64,000 nt of DNA, taken from positions 53,012,001 through 53,076,000 of the forward strand of contig NW_024704743.1 of the NCBI RefSeq assembly GCF_018977255.1. Direction: 5' to 3'. This document shows positions 52,760 to 64,000 of the stretch, in pieces. Every line of letters begins with the position of its first letter. Position 1 is the first letter of the stretch. A model generated the notes under the pieces. It saw nothing but the letters and a program-made list of their open reading frames with translations. It ran no database searches and was not told where the DNA came from. Origin of the DNA: Callorhinchus milii. Lineage: Eukaryota. The translations under genes were made by a program, and so were the position numbers.

Positions 52760-53300
52760 AAACCCGATATGGCTTATTCCCTTGTTGGTTCTAAAACATA
52801 CTGTTCCGAAAAACTGTCCTGAATATATTCTAGAAATTCATTACCTTTACTAGCTGAGGTGTCCTAATTCTCCCAGTCTATGTGAAATTAAAATCTCCCA
52901 TTATAATCACATTGTTTTTGCTTCCCTGATCTCCGTATTTATACATTTCTCCACTGCATTACAACTCTCTGGAGGTCTGTAGACTACTCCCAACAGAATC
53001 TTACCTCCTTTGCTGTTCCTTAATTCTACCCGCAGTGTCCACTACCTGATTGCCCTTACTAAATCTTCCCTTTCCACTGCTGTAATAGTGTCTTTTATCA
53101 ATATTGCCCCTCCTCCTCCTTTCCCAACGTCCCTGTCTTTTCTAAAGATCTTATAGCCTGGAATATTTAGCTCCCAGTCCTGCCCAGCTTGTAACCAGGT
53201 CTATGTAATGGCTACTACATCATACTCTTCAAGCTGAATTTGTGCTTCTAACTCACTTGTTTTATTTCTTATGCTATGTGTATTTGTATGCATAACTCTT
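52760..53300 (-). mobile_element. CR1 ORF2 APE-endonuclease fragment
   Basis: Minus-strand translation NTHSIRNK..ELEA...YDVVAIT*TWL...IPGYKIFRKDR...GGG...GVVYRPP...IMGDFN; contains stops. Confidence 0.88.
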
Positions 53301-53419
53301 ATTTGGGTAACTGTCCCCAACATGCCTATGAGAATGTCCTGTATAATATGTCCTGAGAATAGTTCTGAAATATTTACAATATAATAACAGTTCTATAGGT
53401 TTTTCCCATATAGCCTAAG

Positions 53420-53730
53420 TATACTGTCTTTTGATTGAGACTATAAACCAAGGCCCCATCTGCCTGTTCAGGAGGATGTCAGAAATCCCATGGCACTATT
53501 CAAAAAGAGAAGTAAGTTTCTTGCAGTGTCTTGGCCAACAATCCCCCAAATAAAATAGGTCACTTACTCCCTGGCTATTTGTGGGTCTTTGCTATGTGCA
53601 AATCGGTTGCTGCATTCACCCACAAAAGAAGCAGTCACTGTGCTTTACAATAAATCCTGCAAAGGGCTTTGAGACATCTCGATAATGTGATAAGAATTAT
53701 TATTATTAATATTATTGTTATTATTATTAT
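53420..53730 (+). mobile_element. Old Deu-domain SINE
   Basis: AAACCAAGGCCCCATCTGCCTGTTCAGG...ATCCCATGGCACTATTC...GCTATGTGCAAATCGGTTGC; (ATT)n tail. Confidence 0.72.
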
Positions 53731-54048
53731 CCCTGCAGTTACAAGATGCAGAGATCTGAAGGGATAAACGTTACCTGGATTAAAACAAATGATATAATTA
53801 TCTATGAAAGTATGTTTCACTTTTCACCACAGATAATTGCCTTTCCTATTTTCTCTATTACATTTAGTGGAATGGTAGCAATTATACTCCATGTCTGTTG
53901 CAACATATCTCTGTTAGAATTTATCTTATCTGTCTCCTACTTGTCATCTGAATTCCAAGAGCTGGTGAACTACCACCAATAATACAATCCTACCCAGAAA
54001 CACATTGGGTACCTGATGTACATCACAAAACAGCTACTGATTAAAATA

Positions 54049-54586
54049 ACTGGCTCCCCATCCCCCAGAGGATCGAGTTCAAGATCCTCATCCTCACCTT
54101 TAAGGCCATCCATGGCCTTGCCCCCTCCTACCTCTCTGACCTGCTGATTCCCTACCAACCTGCCCATTCCCTCCATTTATCGGGCTCTGTCCTGCTCCAT
54201 GTCTCCCGCCCGACCCGCCCTATCATTGGTGGCCGGGCTTTCAGCCTCTCTGCCTCCACACTCGGGGACTCCATCCCATGGTCCCTTCGCCTCTCTTCCT
54301 CCCTTGTCTCCTTCAAGGCCGGTCTCAAGACCCTTCTCTTCGACCGTTCCTTTGGTCTCCCTCCCACCTCTCTGCCTTCCCTCACCCCTACACTACCCCT
54401 CGCCCAGGCTCGGGCCCCGACACCTGACTGTTCACAAGATGCAGAGATCTGAAGGGGTAAACATTACCTGGATTAAAGCAAATGACATAATTATCACTGA
54501 CTGTTCAGCGCTTTGGGACGTCTTCCCGACATGAGAGGCACTCTATAAATGTCATTTTGTTGTTGTTGTTATTGTTGTCGTTGTTG
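54049..54586 (+). mobile_element. L2 3' fragment carrying a 62-bp templated insertion
   Basis: Starts ACTGGCTCCCCATCCCCCAGAGGATCGAGTTCAAG (WLPIPQRIEFK); (TTG)n tail; foreign 62-mer at 54434-54495. Confidence 0.9.
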
Positions 54587-55374
54587 CAGGGCATATCCTG
54601 CAACTGACCTCTGATTATATTATGTAACATAATTACTGCTCATTTTATTTTGTATAGGAGAGTATTAAGTCCCAGCAAGTAGTTGGATGGTTAATTATGT
54701 CCATAAAAATGCCATGGCATTTTAGGATTTGCCCCACAACTGCTCCTGAGCAAATACTGTAACAAATTGGCATCTCTTTTAATGAATAATCATGTAGCTA
54801 CAATGCTTGACACTGAAAAGCCACAGAACATTTTTCAGAAAAGAACCAACACTGTAGCTACTGCTAATAAGTGGAATAAGTAAATACAATGAAACAATAC
54901 CCTGTGTGGATTTTCAGAATTTATGTTGCAAACTGACAAAACCCGAATGAATAGTTCATTATTTTTCCGAAAGTAACTTAGTGGAGTAAATAAAAGCTTT
55001 TGTGCTAGGAGCCAATTATGGGATATTCTATTGTCAATAGGACATAAAAGACTATTGTGTTCTCTGCAGTGAAGATTACTGTCAGATTGTTTCTCCATTT
55101 AAATATTAGGAAGTTATTCGTCATTTGTTGTTAAATTTACCGACCTTCACAGTAAACATTCATTATTCTCCCCTGCTAGTAAATCTTCTGTCCTTATAAT
55201 AACCTTGGACATCTCCAAATCCTTTGATAGGCTGTTTAGAATAATACAAGGAGCTCTATGCATTTGTAATTACTTGTGGACTTAACACACATGCAGTGTT
55301 ATGAGTTTCGTTTATCTGAATATTGTATGATGCTCTATCCTCTATGTCTCCATCTTGTTTACGTATACATTTTC

Positions 55375-55696
55375 TGGAGTCCTGTAGCTCAGTGGTAGAG
55401 CACTTGCCTTGCAAGTGAAACACCTGAGTTCAATTCCAGGCAGAGGGCGAAACCTTGGGCAAGTTTCCTTACTCCACACAGAGCCTAATAATAATCCCTC
55501 CAAAACCCAAAACAATAATAAAAATTGGTCATTTTCAATCTACGACTGTTTGTGGGACATTGCTGTGCGCAATTGGCTGCCGCGTTCGCCCATAAATATA
55601 CAGTCAATTCACTTTACAGTATATTCTGTGAAGCGCTTTGGGACGTCCTCCCGACGTGAAAGGTGCTATACCAAATGCAAGGATTATTATTATTAT
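55375..55696 (+). mobile_element. Full-length young tRNA-Ala-derived SINE
   Basis: Head TGGAGTCCTGTAGCTCAGTGGTAGAGC...GAGTTCAATTCC, body, L2-like tail and (ATT)n. Confidence 0.93.
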
Positions 55697-55766
55697 AACT
55701 GAAGGTGTAATAAAATGGAACTCAGTAAGGCCATTGAGGAGGTCAAAAGACCACTCATTTACTTCT

Positions 55767-55855
55767 AAAACAAAAACAGAAGTTGCTGGGAACACTCAGC
55801 AGGTCAGGTAGCATCTATGGAGAAAGGAAAGTGAGTCAACCCTTCATCAGAACTG
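55767..55855 (-). mobile_element. Penelope-like terminal-repeat fragment (hammerhead-type remnant)
   Basis: Minus strand reads GTTCTGATGAAGGGTTGACTCACTTTCCTTTCTCCATAGATGCTACCTGACCTGCTGAGTGTTCCCAGCAACTTCTGTTTTTG. Confidence 0.55.
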
Positions 55856-56678
55856 AGGCATGTTGGACTTTTCCGCAATAAAAAAATCTTAATTTATCTT
55901 ATAATTAGTATTTCTGTACGCAAATTTGCTGCCATATTCACCTACAAAATACACAGTCTCAACACTTTACAGATAAATCCTGTGAAGCGCTTTGAGACGT
56001 TCTCGCAACATGAAAGAGGCTATATAAAATGCAAGAATTATTATTTCTTTGTTATTAAAGAATTTAAGGCAATGTGCTCTTACACGCTAAGACTAGGTAG
56101 AATTTGATTGCAGTTTAGGTAGATTGATTGAAAATATTCCTCCAATGTCTATTCTTTTAGGAATGAAATATGTTCAGGAAACTTCCATCTAATTTTGAGT
56201 AAAAATGTTCTCATAAATGTTATTATGTTGCAGAAAACGGTAATTGTCGAGAATTAAATATTGATCAATTTCAGTTAGGAAATGAGTAAGATGTTTTACC
56301 AAAACTATAATGTGAGTTTGTGTTTTATAAGATTCTCCTTTTTGCTTTTTTTATGTGAAAAATTGAAATATAAAAAAAAGTATGTTTTGAACTTGTTACT
56401 TGTAGGTGTTAGAAATTATCAGAAAACATTAAAAATTGTAAAAAGCATCAGATAGAATCTCTTGTTGCTCAAAGTATGCTTCTTTACTGGTTGTCCTGCA
56501 AAGACAAGATGTGGCATTCTCACAAGAAGTCAAACTTTAAGATGTGTAACATTTTGCTGTATTTGTAGGAATTTTTCCAGGATGCAAAAAAATAACTTGT
56601 GAATAACTTCCAAATTCCTAAGATGTTTTATTTAAATGTGGAAATTTATAAGTTGGATAAACCTTGAATAACTATTAG

Positions 56679-56743
56679 ACTGGAGGGTGATTGAAGAGCA
56701 TGTATGTAACTTTCTAAGCATGGGCCTGGAAGAGCCAGATAAG
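56679..56743 (+). other. Candidate exon of the plus-strand gene
   Basis: Good donor AAG|GTAATC but weak acceptor; open frame WRVIEEHVCNFLSMGLEEPDK, not recognised. Confidence 0.25.
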
Positions 56744-57117
56744 GTAATCGGTTATGGAGCATCTTGTTAATACACACCAAATTGGAAATTTTCATTGGCC
56801 ATTCTTTAGAGATTACGATTGATGCCTATATTCCTTTAATTTATGTATTTTGGAGGAAGAAGTGATTTATTTTGCGTAGTTGCAGGAGGATTTGATTGTT
56901 TATTTATGTAAATCATCTATTTGCAACATAACACCAGGTGGTGTGAACACTATAATTTATATACAGACTGTTGCTAAATTCAAGGGATAGGATATTAATG
57001 AAAACTTTACTTCAGAACAAACTGGAATATAACTAATTTCAACAGAGAATTTGATATTTCTGAAAATAAACATCTGGTCGATCAGTATTTCAACTTGTTT
57101 AGGGGAAACAGTTACGA

Positions 57118-57620
57118 GAACAACAACAACAAAAACAACAACAATGTGCATTTATATAGCTGCCTTTGTGTAGGATAACGTCTAGGAGCGCTGGTGGTGG
57201 GGCTGGATGGGAGGGAGATGGGCCTGGGGGAGGGGGAGGAGTGGGTGAAGAGGTAGTGTTTCAGGTGGGATTTAAAGATTAAGAGAAATGAATAGAAAAA
57301 ACAGAGCACTTTAGCCTTGAGAAGAGATGTCTCAGACCAGACCTTATATGTATATAAAATATAACAAGAACTTGCCAATTAATTTACATAGTGCCCTTCA
57401 CACAGGGTCACAGCTCATTATTCTGATGAACAATGACAGAATGAGGCACGGAGCTGGGAAGAAAGGGGAGGTAAGCATCAGAGCAGTTGCGAAGGAAAGT
57501 CTTCAGGTGTGATTTGAAGATGGGCAAATAGGGGCGGAGACAACAGGCAAGGATTGTGATAGAGTTATGGAGGTTCAGGACATAGTGACTGAAGGCTTGG
57601 CCACCCATGATGGAGGGGAG
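57118..57620 (-). mobile_element. Two old L2-type 3' fragments
   Basis: (AAC)n...GCATTTATATAGC tails followed by purine-rich L2 3' sequence (GAAGGCTTGGCCACCCATGATGG). Confidence 0.6.
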
Positions 57621-58244
57621 GAGTGGTGGGGAGGCATCCCATGGTGCTAAATGAGATTGAGAAAGTAAACCTAGAACAATATTTTCAGAAATGCCAAGGG
57701 AGCAGGACAAGAAATCATTGCCTGAGGATTCTGCTGAGCATTTTGAGCATGAGGTGGAATAGGTTACCAGGAAGGATGGGAAGAGGGCAGACATGGAAGG
57801 TATTTAACAAACTGCTTAATACTGCAGTAGGAAGATGTAGATTTGGTATTCTGGAAGAATAAGATATAAAACAAACTGCATTATCAGGTTGAAATGTCTC
57901 AAATCACTTCAAAGATACAAAAGAGCTTTGCTATAAGACAGTAGTTGTGGCTCATCAATACCCACCCACCAGATAATGATGTTATGATAGCTGTTTTCAC
58001 TGCACGTGTGCACAGCTAATTCGCTTATTTCCTCCACAGTGCCCACACCTTCAATTTTGATTCATTTGATTTTATGTGCTTCTGATCTAAAACCCCATGC
58101 ACTGTGCTACATAGAAACATAGACACAGTAACAGAAGTAGGCCCCTCAAACCTGTTCCGCCATTCTCTAAGATCATGGCTGATCTATTCCTAAAGTCCAG
58201 TTACCCGCCTTTGCCCCATATCTCTTAATATCCTGACCTAACAA

Positions 58245-59211
58245 CGTGCGAAAAACCGAGGCCCTCCTGATTGGTTCGCGTCAGCGCCTCCGCACCTCAG
58301 GCGCCGACACCATCAGCATCCAAGGCTGCACTCTCCACCTCTCAAAGCCAGTCAGGAACCTCGGCGTTTTGTTCGACCCTGAGCTGTCCTTTCTCCCTCA
58401 CATCCGCACCACAACTGGCACCGCCTTCCATCACCTCCGGAACATCGCCAGACTACGGCATTACCTCACCCCTCACGCTGCTGAAACCCTGGTCCACGCC
58501 TTTGTCACCTCAAGGCTGGACTATGGGAACTCTCTCCTCATCGGCCTTCCCGGCACCTCCCTCCACAAGCTGCAGGTCATTCAGAACTCTGCAGCTCGTG
58601 TACTGTCCCGCACCAGGCTTCGCAACCACATCACTCCCACCCTCGCTCGCCTCCACTGGCTTCCCATCCCCCAGAGCATCGATTTCAAGATCCTCATCCT
58701 CACCTATAAGGCCATCCACGGCCTCGCTCCCTCCTACCTCTCTGACCTACTATCCCCCTACCTACCGCCGTACCCTCCGTTCCTCTGGCTCCGGTCTGCT
58801 CCACATCCCCCGCCCCAACCGCCCTACCATCGGTGGTCGGGCCTTCAGCCTCTCAGCCCCCAGGCTCTGGAACTCTATCCCCCAGTGCCTTCGCCACTTC
58901 CTCCCTCTCCTCCTTCAAGGCCGGTCTCAAAACCTTTCTCTTTGACCGTGCCTTCAGCTCCCCTCTCGACTCTCTTCCCCCTCCTCGCTCCCTCCCTTCC
59001 CTCCCCTCACCCTGACCATTTCCCCCTCCTCGCTCCCCTCCTTCCCTCCCTCACCCTGACCATTTCCCCCTCCTCGCTCCCTCCTTCCCTCCCCTCACCC
59101 TGACCATTTCCCCCCTGCTGGGGTCCTGACCCAACTGTGCAGCGCCTTGGGACGTCCTCCTGACGTGAAAGGCGCTTTATAAATGGAATCATGTTGTTGT
59201 TGTTGTTGTTG
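58245..59211 (+). mobile_element. Young 5'-truncated L2 inserted into an older minus-strand CR1 3' end
   Basis: Near-identical to ~22372-23333; frameshift near 58765; TAACAA at both ends (58239-58244 and 59212-59217); CR1 tail at 58110-58240. Confidence 0.94.
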
Positions 59212-59309
59212 TAACAAAAATTAATCTACTTCCATCTGTGCTTCTGTTCTCTTTACTCTAGTTACAGAATACCCAATGCTGTATGTCTATGCACTTGTGG
59301 TATAGCTGG

Positions 59310-59408
59310 TTAAACACCAGCAGAACCGCAACGCGCACTCAGGGGTCCCCAAGCCTTGGCTCTTGCCAACTTATGCCTAATACTCTCTGGAGTTGAGTAA
59401 TCAGGATT
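59310..59408 (+). repeat. Family X internal fragment
   Basis: CACTCAGGGGTCCCCAAGCCTTGGCTCTTGCCAAC...CCTAATAC matches 49560-49630. Confidence 0.7.
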
Positions 59409-59864
59409 GCTTAGATTAACACTCGCAAACAATTTTCAGTGGTAAATGCTGGCTTATATCCTTCCCATCATTCATACAGCTGCAGCTTCATCCCCTTCCA
59501 AAGATGATGCTGATCAGTTAACCCCGGGGGAAGCTGAAATGACAATTTTCAAACCTTCCACCTCCTGGTATTCAGAGCTATCCACAGAGATTAGATACCA
59601 GTGTATCAATGTGCCCCAAACAGCATACTCATTAGATCTCATACTATTCTTCATGTAGGGTTTTTTGAGTAATGGCCAATTTCTAGAATGTATCATTCCA
59701 ACTGTTGACAGTGCTCACTATCCGTGGGTGTGCAGTGAGACTCTTCGGTAACTCATGATTCTGTTATCAGGGCAGCCACAAAATTATCTTTAGGATCCAT
59801 ATTATTCTATGCAACAAGAAAGTTCAGAGGGTGATCAAAATATAAATTCAAATGATAATACTTT

Positions 59865-60285
59865 GGGTGCCAGCCTATCTCAGTTGGTAGCACCCTTGAC
59901 CTCTGAGTCAAAGAGTGGGTTTAAGCCCAACCTAGAGATCTGGAAACATACAGTCAATGCTGACACTCCAATTCAGTGCTGGGGGTGTGCTGCATTGTTG
60001 GAGGTGCTGTCCTTCGAATGAGACGTTAAACCAAGGTCCTGCCTGCCTGTCCAAGTGGACTTTAAAAATCCCATGGCACTATTCAAAAAGAGGAGTGTTT
60101 CTCCTGGTGTCCCAGCTGACAATCCTTGGTCACTCACTTCATAGCTATTTGTAGGAATGCAACAAATTGGCTACTGCATTGGTCCACAAAATACACACAG
60201 TCATATCAATTTACAGTGTATCCTGTGAAGACCTTTGAAACATCTCGACAATGTGATAAGGCGCGATATCAAATACAAAGATTCA
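59865..60285 (+). mobile_element. Old Deu-domain SINE, near full length
   Basis: tRNA-like head CTCAGTTGGTAGCACCCTTGACCTCTGAGTCA, Deu core GCTGACACTCCAATTCAGTGCTG...GGAGGTGCTGTCCTTCGAATGAGACGTTAAACC, L2-type tail. Confidence 0.8.
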
Positions 60286-60329
60286 TCCAGCCTGCCGAAC
60301 ATTCTGCATTCCTGCCGACTTTACTGTTT

Positions 60330-60641
60330 GTCCTGTAGCTCAGTGGTTAGAGCACTCGCCTTGCAAATGAGAGACCTGGGTTCGATTCCTGGGAGGGTAA
60401 AACCTTAGGCAAGTTTCCTTACTCCACACGCTTGATAATAATCCCTCAAGGAAAAAACAATAATAAATTGGCCACTTCAGTCTATGTCTGTTTGTGAGAC
60501 ACTGCTGTGTGCAAATGGCTGCCACGTTTCACCCACAAATATAGTCAATTCACTTTACAATATATTCTGTGAAGTGCTTTTGAGACGTCTAGAAGACATG
60601 AAAAGCGCTATATCAAATGCAAGGATTATTATTATTATTAT
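60330..60641 (+). mobile_element. tRNA-Ala-derived SINE
   Basis: GTCCTGTAGCTCAGTGGTTAGAGCACTCGCCTTGCAAATGAGAGACCTGGGTTCGATTCC...(ATT)n. Confidence 0.9.
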
Positions 60642-60812
60642 TTTTCCACTTAAACTACGGGATTTTAGGCTAGTCTAGGGGAAAGCTCCACAGTCTACAC
60701 TATGGGGAGCAGAGATCACACTTGTCTTTTCTGGTACAGTGAGAGCGGATGCGTGGGGTAGTTCTGATGTGCAGTTTGAATTTATACAATTTTCACCTAT
60801 TCAAGCAGTGCA

Positions 60813-61408
60813 TTTTTTTTTCTTTTTGGTCAGCCAGGTGTCTGACACATGCAGAAACCCATCACCATGCTTAAGAGTATTCAAAGCAAATCAAGAATTC
60901 CATGTATCCCACCTACACATGGAAATCTCAGAGATAAATTGTAGGAATGGTATACACACTCTCCCTGGGGGGACACATCCTGCTTTCCTAATTATGGTAA
61001 ATATTAGGAACAGGTTGGCAAGAGCCAATGCATTGGGACCGCAGAGTGTGCATTGGGGTTCTGTTGGAGTCCAACCAGCTAAAACCACATAGCTTGCCAT
61101 TGATAGCATTATCTGGCAAGCTTTCTAGCTATTTATCCAGCTAGGACTGCCCTGCCCATTAGGGCTTTGGCTTGCAGGGTTAGTAGGAGCTGAGTAGGAG
61201 GATTCCCTGCCCCCAGTGACTGGTCTTCCCTTTCAAGTCCTGCCGATGAGCCGATATGCTGTCATCAGCAGTGCCCTGGAATAGTGCAGACTCGCCTGGC
61301 TCAAGAGCCGGATTAGAGACCACCACAGAGGGCTCACTCGATTCTGACTTTCCATTGTCAGGCATGTCACCTTGGAGCCAGTTCAGCTCCACCGAGTCTC
61401 CACTTACC
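60813..61408 (-). repeat. Family X copy, most complete, poly(A) at the left end
   Basis: T-run then GGTCAGCCAGGTGTCTGACACATGCAGAAACCC...GGCATGTCACCTTGGAGCCAGTTCAGCTCC. Confidence 0.87.
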
Positions 61409-61789
61409 TCCCCCACCCCCCACTCTCGGAGGATATTGTTAAGTATTACTTTCCCCCCCCCCCACCAAGAAAGTTTGTAACCTCCATTGAGTTGCTTCAT
61501 TTTGTACCGTGGTGCTCAAGGAAATACATTGAAAGTTCCTGAGAGGAAAAGTGTAACGGGGTACCCGAAGGATTTAATGATTAATCTTGGATTTATGTTC
61601 TTTATTGATAAAGGTGTCTTAAAAAGTGCCCTGTTTTCAAAATGTTATGAATTTTTACATTGCCTGTTTAAAGTTTGCATTGCAACTAAAATATTGTATA
61701 ACAAAATTAAGTAATACAGTCACAAAATTTAAAACGGGATTTGTATATGATTTATACAGGTTATGTTTCTGGAAGGGAAACACAAAAAT

Positions 61790-61848
61790 ATTGTTTATGT
61801 GGCCCGTGGCTGTTTCTCATCTAGCAGCCAAAAGGTTGGACCACCCTG
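61790..61848 (+). mobile_element. Possible hAT/Charlie DNA-transposon 3' terminus
   Basis: ATGTGGCCCG...GCCAAAAGGTTGGACCACCCTG resembles Charlie-type right ends; no matching left end seen. Confidence 0.45.
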
Positions 61849-62264
61849 GCTTAATCTAAAGAATTATCAGGAGAAAAGTAGTAAGGATCCTTAATACTGC
61901 CTCCTAAAGTTAATCATTTTTCTACAGCTACTTTAATACTTCTTCAATTCAAATAAAAAATGTTATTTCTTGACAGCTGGTTATTACTGAGGAACTGCAA
62001 GATATTTTCTGTGCTTTTCAGAGAGGACACCGTGGGCCTTTACCTGGAGAGGGAGATAAGCTTTGAGAAATCTTGCTGTTCAACAACCATTACAGTGACT
62101 TGACTGCTTACACAAATGTGTACAGTTCACTGAGAGCTGCACAGGAATTTCAGTATCCAACAGCTACATGCCTCAGATGGAGTATGTGGTTACTGCAACC
62201 TCTGAAATCTGAGTTACAGCAGCCACTAAAATGGACGTGGGAGTTTCGCAAGACATTTACTACT

Positions 62265-62632
62265 ACAACAACAACAACAGCTTAGATTTGTATAGCGCCC
62301 TCCACGCTGGATGGCGTCTCAGAGCGCTTTACAGTAACGGATCCCGGTGCCGAGCCAGGGGGAGGCGGAGGAAGGTGACCAAAGCCGCGGTCGAAAAGAA
62401 AGGTCTTCAGCAAAGACCTGAAAATAGGAAGAGAGGGAGCGAGACGAAGGGAGTGAGGAAGCGAGTTCCAGAGCCTCGGGGCATAGTGGCTGAAGGCACG
62501 GCCACTGAGGGTGGAGTGGAGGACTTGGGGGACAAGGAGGAGGCCAGACCCGGAGGAACGAAGGCAACGGGCACTGTTTTGAGGAGAGAGGAGGTCAGAG
62601 AGGTAGGGGGGTGCGGAGGAGTGGAGGGATTT
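62265..62632 (-). mobile_element. L2 3' fragment
   Basis: (AAC)n tail, GATTTGTATAGCGCCC, then a purine-rich reverse complement of the L2 C-terminus. Confidence 0.8.
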
Positions 62633-62639
62633 GTTAGAC

Positions 62640-64000
62640 AGTCAGGAGCAGAGGCACGAGAGCGAGGGGCAGAGCCGAGATCAGCCAGTCGGTGTGAGGT
62701 AAAAAAACAGCAGGAAAACTAAAAAGTGACATCAGGGCGACGTCACCATCAAAACATTCTTAAAGAGTAAACTAACAGCTAACACTAACTACTAACTAAC
62801 AGTAAACTAACACTAACTACTAATTAACAACACTAAAAATAAAATAAATTTTAAAAAATTAAGAATTAATTAAGAATTTAACTTTTTAAAAAATAACAAT
62901 AATAAATTAAATAAAACTTTAATTCACAGTGGGGGTGGGAGAGGCGACAATGGCGTGGCAGGTGTTGTGTGAGGACTGTAACATGTGGGATTTGCTGGAG
63001 GGCAGTCTGAGCCCGGGCGGCCACATCTGCAGCAAATGTCTACGACTGAGGCAGCTCCAGCTCAGTGTCTGAGCTGGAATCCGAGGTGCAGACATTGCAC
63101 AGTATGAGGGACAGTGAGTGCTTCCTGGATAGTTTCATCCTGGAGCCAGTCACTCCCCTGAGGCTCAGGGAATGTGTAGATAATAGTATCAGCCCAGGAC
63201 AGGATAGGATGTCTGACAGGCAGGAGGTTAAGGGAACACCAGAGAGAGTGGTAGTGAAGTCTCAGGCTTTAACCTTGGCCAACAAGTACGAGATCCTTGC
63301 AACCTGTGTGGACAAGGAAGCCTCTGAGGAGGAAGGAAAACATGATTCCAATATTAGGGGAAACAAACGGAAAGTTATAGTAATTGGGGACGAGACTATC
63401 AGGGGGACAGGTACACTTATCTGCAGCCGCAACCAGAAGACCCGAAGGCTCTGTTGCCTTCCTGGGGCTGGGGTGAAGGACGTCTTGGCGGGGCTGGAGG
63501 AGAATCTAAAACATGAGGGTGAGGATCCGTTGGTGGTATTTCACATAGGTACCGATGACATAGGTAGGGTTAGTTGTGATGAGTTGAGGAGGGAGTTCAA
63601 TGAGCTGGGAACTAAATTAAAGCAAAGAACATCAAAGGTTGTGATATCAGGATTGCTGCCTTTGACATGTGCAAATTGGTACAGGAATAAACAAATTAGA
63701 GAGTTAAATGCATGGCTGAGGGAGTGGTGTGGAACACAGGGGTTTCATTTTATGGGTCATTGGCACCAGTATTTGGAGAAAAGGGGTCTTTTTCAAAAAG
63801 ATGGGCTCCACTTAAATTGGGCTGGGACAAATGTCCTAGCAAACCGAATACATAGAGAGGTAAATAAAGCTTTAAACTAGTAAGGGGGCGGGTGGTGGGG
63901 GGGTGGGCACACAATCAGAAATAATCGCAAGCCAGTAATATTAAAAAACTAAAGGTGGCAGAACAGAATAGCAAGAGAGATAAACAGAATAGGTCAAAGA
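62640..64000 (+). mobile_element. 5' end of a CR1 LINE (5' UTR plus ORF1), running off the window
   Basis: 5' UTR with GTGACATCA/GACGTCAC motifs and A-rich (CTAA) repeats, followed by zinc-finger/esterase ORF1. Confidence 0.88.
62950..63880 (+). pseudogene. CR1 ORF1: CxxC...CxxC zinc finger, coiled coil, SGNH/GDSL esterase domain; frameshift near 63064
   Basis: MAWQVLCEDCNMW...HICSKCLRLRQLQL then a frameshift into VSELESEV...VIVIGDETIRG...CLPGAGV...HIGTDD...VISGLLP...LNAWLREWC...DGLHLNWAG. Confidence 0.88.

Overview
Repeat-rich vertebrate genomic DNA, most likely from a cartilaginous fish and probably a chimaera such as Callorhinchus. This is inferred from the repeat complement: tRNA-Ala-headed Deu-domain SINEs, their partner L2 LINE, esterase-type CR1 LINEs and Penelope-like remnants. 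No intact host protein-coding gene could be identified. The only convincing coding sequence belongs to retrotransposons: a young 5'-truncated L2 ORF2 (RT) at 21.56-23.14 kb, degenerate CR1 ORF2 pieces, and a CR1 ORF1 (zinc finger plus SGNH esterase) at 62.95-63.88 kb. The centre holds two CpG-rich promoter-like regions that appear to face away from each other. One (~31.5-31.8 kb) probably drives a minus-strand gene. The other (~34.4-34.73 kb) has five CCAAT boxes, GC boxes and a CHR-like site and probably drives a plus-strand gene. They are separated by ~2.4 kb of low-complexity repeat that flips from C/A-rich to G-rich at ~33.14 kb. The rest looks like long introns with scattered candidate small exons that I could not assign to named genes. 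The most unusual observations are: (i) a ~600-bp poly(A)-tailed dispersed repeat I cannot assign, seven copies, with a conserved hairpin; (ii) the strand-switching G-rich array between the promoters; (iii) several short locally templated direct or inverted duplications. I found no firm evidence of a wholly new biological system.
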